NCBI GenBank assembly: GCA_041500685.1
Contig: JBGQMP010000001.1
Location: forward strand, 1-24,035
Length of the DNA: 24,035 nt
Direction: 5' to 3'
From: Thermodesulfovibrionia bacterium
GTDB lineage: Bacteria > Nitrospirota > Thermodesulfovibrionia > Thermodesulfovibrionales > SM23-35
The position numbers were made by a program, and so were the translations under genes. The first letter of the stretch is position 1; the number at the start of each line of letters is the position of its first letter. Below are positions 17,801 through 24,035 of the stretch, piece by piece. The notes beneath the pieces are model-generated. The model did not search any database. It was not told where the DNA came from and was given only the letters and a program-made list of their open reading frames with translations.

Positions 17801-17828
17801 TCCCTAATAAGAGCTTCTTTTTCTGCAT
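14817..17828 (-). CDS. GT-C fold (ArnT/PMT-like, GT39/83-type) membrane glycosyltransferase fused to two N-terminal sugar-binding-like beta-sandwich domains
   Basis: N-terminal TM; two repeats of W-x-W...YF-K-F...a-l-VNG...l--G-N-i-v...D-tW; many TMs; LRIHGLTYLSLNHDE acidic motif (D513/E514), GRLHSAFWG, GKTLFNRLTGLLAAA; soluble C-terminal domain. Confidence 0.75.
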   Translation of the reverse strand: MQKKKLLLGIIPVVLLGFSIGYILWHIIFEYPPHRYSLDFNGAQWISTGDKTPNGYFVKEIFIPDNVADAWISIAATDNAELFVNEEKIAVDTFLSVNLSDIHNVTGKIRHGKNVVATYVYRMSYPGPPRLLLKGGYTDLTGREHIFVTDGTWKVSSVEETQGRQDGILWYFHNFDHSRWKQAQIEGTSTSYPVYTSGIAPYILGKPLSGCWMWHPEPTVRSAYFLKSFTLRSPVKDAIVGIAGSSIYDLTINGTPVKKGNLFEGSLDIYDLTLLLHSGQNTIGVGVTVGDTAPGLFVEGYIHDRNSVITLTADTTWRTISNIIPEKYIPDINSSAWKVPLLLSEYPSQPWGVLSKSIKKMDFTFAHIVQEFLKFLTFIISVITVMLCIWFIIAFLYAKIDNANLSDRLFTDGVLHMPSLLFIFFIYLLKFDVRFDSSFPFQLKYVLVSLLILFLLRSAEFISTRIKRYKIKDVLRESRKSANLLFSFLVICLIIVGFLMRIHGLTYLSLNHDEVSMMEYTQGLLDRGFPSKVIGPYVKPMTTYELLPYSISVPVRLFGFNDYAGRLHSAFWGTLEILLLYVLGKTLFNRLTGLLAAAVQTFLPSCIIWSQSVFYPQLTQFLTSLTILFLYKAIDANPLKKRFLYLTALSFSLMYLSWEGSGFLLVAMLAAIVVHKGSDLSWLRNKHAWASFALIFLTVFIQQSRRILYLNAYLLINGKIADISLPKLFFLDPMYDPYFYIDHFFFTENNWLFTMFLIAGIFLLLKYKPLRYLYIILFVPALCLTNLLPVNAPRYIYNLEPFLILTGSAIIIIFMNSFRSMVHEKSTVVRFSTSLSLIALSMTIFLASNTTFLKLYLLSKTPSVPPDHVREDVTWTDFKSTSKYIKENMKKGDIFIMVRSFPLEYYDKIKADYAISTYLRLVMFFDTSEGGYPGLIDKYIGTPIIKNPDELKEITAKHNRVWFVSDPDYELPKENDRKTVDYIKQTFKVVYESYRSKIYLWEK

Positions 17829-17837
17829 CTTCTGTGG

Positions 17838-19130
17838 CTATCTCCCTAATACGCTCATAAAAGCCCTTTGATTTCCCTCCATGTTCAGCCGCAGAGAGTT
17901 CAGATAATACACACGCGCTAAGCCATAATTTTTCGTCCTGTAGTATGAGTCGGCAATATTAGAACTCACATTCGCCTCCATTATTTCATCCCCGGATAGC
18001 TTTAAAAACTGAAGCCCTGCCATTATAGATTCTTCATATGCGCTTATGTCGTAATAAGCCCTGCTCAGGTAATAATATGCCTGAACCTGAGATGGGTCTG
18101 TCTCAAGAGCTTTTTTCCATGATTCGATGGCCGATGCAAACATTCCCTTTTTATATTCTAAGAGACCGAAGCTTACATAAGCCCAGGAGATAAGACTATT
18201 ACCGACGGTTTTGGAGATGGATGGCTCGATAAGTTGTGCATTTTTTAAAAAGAAAAGAGCCATGGGAAAGTTTCCCTCTCCGATAAAAATGTCAGCCCTA
18301 TAAAGATAATAATCTGCTTTATCTGTCCTTCCCATAAAGAAATATGCTTTGCCAACATTGGTATGAAAATTATTGGCATAGGCAATATTGTAATCCAATC
18401 TTTTTGCAAGTTCATATTGCTCTATTGCCTTGTTATACATGCCTGTAGCCAAATAATAATCTCCCTTGTTCCTGTGATATTCTGCAGCTATGTACGGAGG
18501 CAGAGCAACTGACAAATAAAACATGATGAATATAAGAAAGAGAAAAAATGAAAATTTTTTGATATTTCTGATTGTTCTAAACTTAAGAAAGGCGACTAAT
18601 TGTAATATGCTGCCGAGGATTGCCAAATACCAGCCGAAGGTGGCAAAATGAAAGGTGGCATAAAACCTATCCAGGATTGTATCCACTGCAATAGAATCCT
18701 CAAAGGTCGGCGATATCCCGAAATTAGGGGGCAGGTACTTGTTGAAAGTCAATATACTTGCTTCCTGCTGGTTGAGATCATTTATGGCAATAATCCTTTT
18801 AGAATCAAACAGGCAAAAAGTGAGGAAAAAGTTCAAAGATAGCATCAGACCAACTATCCCTGTTATAACACTTACCCACGTGAATCGTCTAAATAGGGCT
18901 ATAAAAGAGAACAACCCTGCAAGAAAGCATAGTGAGCCATAGGAGATTACAAGTGGTAAATTGTCCTTTATCTGTATCTTATTGCCCCTGATCCATCTCA
19001 TTACAGGTTCGTCAATCCAGCCCAGGAAGGCGCTTGCCATCAAAAATAATGCGCCCAGAATTATTAGTGTTTTAACATGGAATAATTTACCTAATATAGT
19101 TATAACCTTGTTTATCACTGCTTTGGTCAC
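17838..19130 (-). CDS. Polytopic membrane protein with C-terminal tetratricopeptide repeats
   Basis: About 5 TM segments then TPR-like units (KGDYYLATGMYNKAIEQYELA; FGLLEYKKGMFASAIESWKKALETDPSQVQAYYYL). GTG start uncertain (see finding). Confidence 0.75.
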   Translation of the reverse strand: MTKAVINKVITILGKLFHVKTLIILGALFLMASAFLGWIDEPVMRWIRGNKIQIKDNLPLVISYGSLCFLAGLFSFIALFRRFTWVSVITGIVGLMLSLNFFLTFCLFDSKRIIAINDLNQQEASILTFNKYLPPNFGISPTFEDSIAVDTILDRFYATFHFATFGWYLAILGSILQLVAFLKFRTIRNIKKFSFFLFLIFIMFYLSVALPPYIAAEYHRNKGDYYLATGMYNKAIEQYELAKRLDYNIAYANNFHTNVGKAYFFMGRTDKADYYLYRADIFIGEGNFPMALFFLKNAQLIEPSISKTVGNSLISWAYVSFGLLEYKKGMFASAIESWKKALETDPSQVQAYYYLSRAYYDISAYEESIMAGLQFLKLSGDEIMEANVSSNIADSYYRTKNYGLARVYYLNSLRLNMEGNQRAFMSVLGR

Positions 19131-19345
19131 TTTTTTGTTTCATTACCTACTTTAATATAACAAAATCCATGCCAAAATCTTCAATCAAGCAAAAGAATAA
19201 AGAAAAGTTGAAGAAAATACCGTAATTACAAAGAGTTACACAGTGTAAGTCTGAAGTGAAATCTTTATGCTTTTGGTAGGTAGTTATCTATTCTATACGC
19301 GAAATATGGATCTTCTGCATTTAAGTGACAAGAAATGTTGAATCA

Positions 19346-20815
19346 TTACTCTGTGGCTTTTGTGGAAGGGGCTTTTCTCATGAACCGCATGCTTTCTTTA
19401 ATCGTATCCAGATCACTCTTTGAGAGTGTCTTGAGAATAATGTTTGACACAATATAACAGAGCAGGCTGGCAAGGACACCCGATACCATCCAATACACAG
19501 AGGTTTGTTTAAATTGGTCAAGAACAGCCCACATAAATATGCCTGACACAACAGGTTTCCATGATGCCCTGACAAACGAAATATTTTTGTCCAGGGTTTT
19601 AACAAAGTATATGGATGTGCCGAAAAGCGATAGTTCAGCAAGGAGCGTACCTATACATGCTCCAATGAAATCAAACCTCGGAATCAGGACCAGATCAAGT
19701 ATCACATTTATCGCAAGGCTTGCAATGGAACTTATGGTAAATAACCTTTGTTTGCCGAGGGCAGAAAATATGTATATAAATTGAGCAGTCGGAAATAAAA
19801 ATATCAGGGTAAAGCTCAGTATCCGGAGAGCGATGTAAGAATTTATAAATTCATTTCCGTAGACCAGAAAGATGATACTGTAAGAGAGTGTTAAGAGGAT
19901 AACGGTGAGAGGAATGCTTACAATAAACAAGAACTTCAAATTTCTCTCATAGGCTTGAAATAGTTCCCTCACCGAGGTTCTTGCTAATCTTGAGAAGAAG
20001 GGGAAGAGGGGTATCGCCAGAGTAAGAGCCAGCATGTTAATGGCATTAATAATCTTGTATGGGGCACTAAAAAGGCCGACAGATGTTGCGGTACCGATTG
20101 CGGAGAGTATCAGAATATCAACCTGCCATGAAATCTTGCGAAGTACGCTGGCAATGCCTATCGGAACTGCTTCAGAAACAAGATACCACCATTGCTTTAT
20201 GTTCACAGTCATTTTTGGCCTGTGATATCTGTAACTGACAATTATGTAATAAAAAAACCATAAAGAAATATTGGAGACAAAGTACGATAATGCAATTTCC
20301 ACAAGCCCGAGCCTGGATGTAATGACAAGGATTGTAAGGCTGAGGAGGATGACCTTGTGAAGTACGAAACCCATGGCATTAAACTCCAGCTCCTCCATTG
20401 CCCTAAAGATAGAGTTGTATCCCATTGCATGTACACCTGCAAGGACTGCTGCGCCCATAATATATGTCGCATTCTTAATAGAATGTTCTGTGTTTATAAT
20501 ATTTATTGTCACAAAAATTAATGCGAAGACGATTATCGACAGTATCCATACGAGTGATTTTGTAACGTCTATCAAAGATTGAAGATTTTCTTTATCGACA
20601 GCAATTTCTCTTATCATTATATTGCCCAGGCCGGATTCGGCAACCAACTGGAAAAGTCCTACAAATGCAATTACAAAGGAGTAATGTCCGAAGCCTATGG
20701 ATCCAAGATAGCGTGCTATTAAAATGGTGACAGCGGAATTTATTACAAAGCCAATCAGTTGAGATGATAGCAGCAGGGTTATATTTTTTGCTATGCGCTG
20801 TGATTGTTTCATCAC
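19346..20815 (-). CDS. Wzx/RfbX-like polysaccharide flippase (MOP superfamily)
   Basis: RIAKNITLLLSSQ, ARYLGSIGFGHYSF, GLGNIMIREIA, DILILS...VGLFSAPYK, NVILDLVLIPRFDFIGACIGT; many TMs; ATGA overlap with the TolC stop. Confidence 0.88.
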   Translation of the reverse strand: MMKQSQRIAKNITLLLSSQLIGFVINSAVTILIARYLGSIGFGHYSFVIAFVGLFQLVAESGLGNIMIREIAVDKENLQSLIDVTKSLVWILSIIVFALIFVTINIINTEHSIKNATYIMGAAVLAGVHAMGYNSIFRAMEELEFNAMGFVLHKVILLSLTILVITSRLGLVEIALSYFVSNISLWFFYYIIVSYRYHRPKMTVNIKQWWYLVSEAVPIGIASVLRKISWQVDILILSAIGTATSVGLFSAPYKIINAINMLALTLAIPLFPFFSRLARTSVRELFQAYERNLKFLFIVSIPLTVILLTLSYSIIFLVYGNEFINSYIALRILSFTLIFLFPTAQFIYIFSALGKQRLFTISSIASLAINVILDLVLIPRFDFIGACIGTLLAELSLFGTSIYFVKTLDKNISFVRASWKPVVSGIFMWAVLDQFKQTSVYWMVSGVLASLLCYIVSNIILKTLSKSDLDTIKESMRFMRKAPSTKATE

Positions 20816-22641
20816 GGGAATGAGTACGTAAGCTTGCTTCCTGTTGCTTTACTTAATTCCAGATATGCATTTCTTAAGTTGTATTTCGCCTGGGAAAGGG
20901 CTTTTTGTTGCGCATACAAAGTATATTCGGCTTCTAAAAGAGAGGATAAGGGAGTAAGATTCTGTCCAAATTGTGCTTTCATCAGTCTGACATTTTCCCT
21001 GGATTGCTCTATCATCTTTTCGTTTAAAGTAATCTCGGCCTTCGTATTTTCTATATTTGTAAACGCCTCGATGACTTCTTGCGCTATATCGGCCTTTATT
21101 GACTGGAGGCGTTTTTCCTCTTCTGTCACCTTGGCTCCTTGACTCATGACTTTTGATTTGATAACATCAAAATCGAATATCGGGACACTGAGTTGCAAAG
21201 AAGCCTCCCATAATGAATTAAGACGGGACCCATAGTCGTTCGCTAAAGCATATGTTGAAATCAAATCAATGTTTGGATATTTCTGACTTTTAGCCTGTCG
21301 CTCTTGTTCCTTAACAACAGTTATTTGCAATTCCTGTGCCTTGATCTCGTGACGGCTTAAAAGGGCAGTCTCAATCAGTTCTTCCAGAGGCGGGAGAGGG
21401 GGTAGAGTAAAATCTTCTACCGAAAGAGGTATTCCTTTCATTGGTTCTAAACCCATCTTTGTAGAAAGTTCAGCTGCAAATAGCTTTGATGAATTTCTTG
21501 CGGTTGTCAGTTCTTTTTCTCCGGATGCAAGCTTTACTTCAGACATGAGGAGGTCATTTTTTGAAATGAGACTTTCATTGTATTTCGAAAGGGCTATGGT
21601 ATGAACATACTTCAGGTACTTAACATGTTCTTCAGCAGCCCCGCTTTCTTCCTTATTCTTAAGCACGTTTAAAAAAGTTCTTCCTATGCCATAGGTTAAT
21701 TCGTTTTTTTTCGCCTCATACATGCTTTTATCTATGAGGATCTGATCAGATGCTATGTTTAGTGAGGGGGCATTTCTGGCAAACAATACCCCTTCTCTAA
21801 GAATGGGAACGTTCAGTGAAGGTGAAGCTGAGATATATTGTCCTATGACATTCTTACTCCGGAGTCCCTGTTCTGTAATGCCTCCGAGTATAGCGAAGGG
21901 AGAGATTGGCTTTCCGGCGAGATAGCCTGTGGAAACATTCAGATCAAGCTGGGGGAAGAATAGTCCAGTCTGGGAATCGTAGTGATATGTCGACACCTTG
22001 ATTTTAGCCTCAGATGACTGCAGATCAGGGTTATTCTGGATAGCGTAATCTATACATCTTTGAAGGGACCATAGGTCAACAGGGCTGGCAGAGATTGTGC
22101 GATCTTCTTTCCGGGAATCATTTGATACTTCCTTCATCGGTTTCCCGGAAGACTCCGTTTTAACTTGTAGAGCGGGTTTCAAATAAACTTCTTGTTTTAC
22201 TTCATCAGCCTTCGCAGGGGTTAAAGACTTTTCCCCGGTTCCTGAAATTTTAGCAGGCATGGTTCTGTCATACTGTCTGATTATCCTTTTGTCTTCAATA
22301 TAATCTTTCAGTATAAAAGCACCTGGGGATAATGATTCAATCATCCTTGAGACGTTTCTTGTGGTTGCCATGCTTTTGAACTTACCAAACCTCACAGTAT
22401 AATATTTTTCACCCTTTTCTATCCTGAGATTCGAGAGCTCTTTCCTGTTAAGTTTTTGGGCGAGATAATCAAACAGCTCATGTGCGCCTTCAAGTCTAAT
22501 AAAGCTTCCTGCCTGAATGGTATAATATTTTTTGGCCACGTAGGAATAACCGTTATCAATAATAATAAGAAATACGATCAGGCAAGGCAGGATGAATATC
22601 GTTAGGAATTTAAGTATAATTTTTTCTGCTGACAGCCGCAT
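20812..22641 (-). CDS. TolC-family outer-membrane efflux protein with N-terminal SPOR domain
   Basis: N-terminal hydrophobic segment; YYTIQAGSF...YYTVRFGKF SPOR-like segment (22306-22527); SLQRCIDYAIQNNPDL, FFPQLDL, YPNIDL, LSVPIFD, LLEAE...AKYNLRNAYLELSKATG OEP motifs. Confidence 0.85.
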   Translation of the reverse strand: MRLSAEKIILKFLTIFILPCLIVFLIIIDNGYSYVAKKYYTIQAGSFIRLEGAHELFDYLAQKLNRKELSNLRIEKGEKYYTVRFGKFKSMATTRNVSRMIESLSPGAFILKDYIEDKRIIRQYDRTMPAKISGTGEKSLTPAKADEVKQEVYLKPALQVKTESSGKPMKEVSNDSRKEDRTISASPVDLWSLQRCIDYAIQNNPDLQSSEAKIKVSTYHYDSQTGLFFPQLDLNVSTGYLAGKPISPFAILGGITEQGLRSKNVIGQYISASPSLNVPILREGVLFARNAPSLNIASDQILIDKSMYEAKKNELTYGIGRTFLNVLKNKEESGAAEEHVKYLKYVHTIALSKYNESLISKNDLLMSEVKLASGEKELTTARNSSKLFAAELSTKMGLEPMKGIPLSVEDFTLPPLPPLEELIETALLSRHEIKAQELQITVVKEQERQAKSQKYPNIDLISTYALANDYGSRLNSLWEASLQLSVPIFDFDVIKSKVMSQGAKVTEEEKRLQSIKADIAQEVIEAFTNIENTKAEITLNEKMIEQSRENVRLMKAQFGQNLTPLSSLLEAEYTLYAQQKALSQAKYNLRNAYLELSKATGSKLTYSFP

Positions 22642-22746
22642 TCTTACATTTTCTCAATTCATATAGCTACTTCATTCCCCGATACTATTTAAATCTCTTT
22701 AATTCTTGATACGAATACAGACGAGCATGTTGAACCTAAAACATCT

Positions 22747-23862
22747 TCACGGCTTTCCCTCCATAACATTAACCCTGTCACCATCCTTTAAAAACTGAAT
22801 CCCTGCAAAGACAACATTATCTCCCTCTTTTAACCCTCCCAAGATCTCTGTCAATCCCCCTGCGGAAATGCCTATTTGTGCCTGTTTGATATGAGCGATA
22901 GAGTTAGAATCAACAATAAAAACTGTTGCATTCTCACCGACAGGATTAATTATGGAGATGGACGGGGCAACCAGAGCTTTCTTATGATAAATTATTCTCG
23001 CAAATCCCGTCAGGCCCGGAGTTAATTTAAGATTTTTATTCAGAATTTTCATAAAAGCATTAAATGTTCTTGTTTTAGGATCAGTTTGCGGATCAATTTT
23101 TACTATCTCGCCTTTGAACACATCATTCGGAAAGGAGTCAAAATGAACCTCCCCTTCCTGTTTTAAATGGATATAGGAGATTTTTTCTTCAGGAACTTTG
23201 GCCACCGTAAAAATATTATCAATAACCCCTAATAAGAACATCTGTTCATTTAACTTAGGGGTTTCACCTGTGTTCACAGTTTTTTCAAGAACAATGCCTG
23301 TAATAGGACTCCTTACCGTAGTAAAATCCATATCCTGAGTTGCTTTTCCCAATTGTCGCACTGCGGTTGAGTACTCATATTCTGCATCTTTGACCTTTTC
23401 GTCAGCTTTTTCCAAATCTACCTTTGCAATAAGATTCTGATTATAAAGATTTAATAACCTCTGGTAGTTTAGCTTACTATAATCAAGACCGGTTTTTGTT
23501 CTATTGAAACTGTCCTTTGCCTGGTCCACAATAGCTTTCATTAATTTTTGGTCGAATTCTAAAAGTACCTGTCCCTTTTGGACCCTTTCCCCTATATTGA
23601 CCTTAACAGATATGACAGGCTGTTCTATTCTCGCCGTGAGCGCTGCTTTTCCAAATTCCTGAGTCTGTCCGCTGGCTCCTATGACATAATCTATTGTTTT
23701 AATCTCAACAGGGTTTACACTGACTGGCATTTTGCCTTTAACAAGTCTTGCCTTTGTCGGGTCGGTTCTTATCATATGCAATACAACTTGTATCGCGACA
23801 AAGATAAATCCTGCCAATAAAAAAACAATTATGAGAACAAAAAGCTTTTTCCCTCTGCTCAA
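22747..23862 (-). CDS. Efflux periplasmic adaptor (membrane fusion protein, HlyD/RND-MFP family)
   Basis: N-terminal TM; VKVNIGERVQKGQVL and VRSPITGIV lipoyl halves, IDPQTDPKTRTF, LTPGL, GLKEGDNVV. TTG at 23862 with AAGAGAAG SD preferred over ATG 23934, which would overlap the upstream GT4 by 61 nt. Confidence 0.85.
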   Translation of the reverse strand: MSRGKKLFVLIIVFLLAGFIFVAIQVVLHMIRTDPTKARLVKGKMPVSVNPVEIKTIDYVIGASGQTQEFGKAALTARIEQPVISVKVNIGERVQKGQVLLEFDQKLMKAIVDQAKDSFNRTKTGLDYSKLNYQRLLNLYNQNLIAKVDLEKADEKVKDAEYEYSTAVRQLGKATQDMDFTTVRSPITGIVLEKTVNTGETPKLNEQMFLLGVIDNIFTVAKVPEEKISYIHLKQEGEVHFDSFPNDVFKGEIVKIDPQTDPKTRTFNAFMKILNKNLKLTPGLTGFARIIYHKKALVAPSISIINPVGENATVFIVDSNSIAHIKQAQIGISAGGLTEILGGLKEGDNVVFAGIQFLKDGDRVNVMEGKP

Positions 23863-23873
23863 TATGTCTTCTC

Positions 23874-24035
23874 TTAGCTGTAATGCAAAACTTTTTGGTA
23901 TATTCCCTCGATTTTTTTTGCTAATGTCGGCCAATCAAAGGTCGATTTGACTGTCATCTTCGCATTATCCCCAAGTTTTTTTGCTAGTACCTGATTCTGA
24001 ATAAGTAATACTATTCCTTTTCCCAATTCTTTCCA
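23874..24035 (-). CDS. Glycosyltransferase family 4 (GT-B), C-terminal 53 aa only; gene runs off the window
   Basis: Hand translation WKELGKGIVLLIQNQVLAKKLGDNAKMTVKSTFDWPTLAKKIEGIYQKVLHYS* matches the typical GT4 C-terminus (lg.na...v...fdw..ia..ie.iY). Not in the ORF track. Confidence 0.75.
   Translation of the reverse strand, partial: WKELGKGIVLLIQNQVLAKKLGDNAKMTVKSTFDWPTLAKKIEGIYQKVLHYS

Noticed and set aside
23863-23934. Longer MFP N-terminus starting at ATG 23934
   Set aside because: Would overlap the GT4 3' end by 61 nt; TTG 23862 has an SD and gives a typical basic-then-TM start.

Overview
Bacterial chromosomal window; the gene content and order suggest Nitrospirota or a deltaproteobacterial-type anaerobe (inference only). 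1-11.5 kb is housekeeping: a split F1Fo ATP synthase operon (b', b, delta, alpha, gamma, beta, epsilon, with its own promoter and terminator, no a/c subunits), a TrmN6-type methyltransferase, a secreted tetraheme cytochrome c, xerD and a LonC-type protease. 11.5-24 kb is accessory: two divergent paralogous secreted TIM-barrel glycoside-hydrolase-like genes, then a minus-strand cell-envelope glycan locus (partial GT4, membrane-fusion protein, SPOR-TolC fusion, Wzx-like flippase, TM-TPR protein, and a 1003-aa GT-C fused to tandem sugar-binding-like beta-sandwiches). The intergenic DNA carries about a dozen TGTC-tagged REP-like hairpins, several inside MITE-like shells, plus 7-mer and 9-mer tandem arrays. 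Two items are missed by the ORF track: a decayed GIY-YIG nuclease gene (14351-14661, minus) bracketed by inverted REP hairpins with its own stop codon inside one of them, and the 3' end of a GT4 gene at the right edge. The two best candidates for an undescribed system are the REP-associated GIY-YIG element and the MFP/SPOR-TolC-coupled glycan locus. All family assignments come from motif recognition by eye; no database searches were run.
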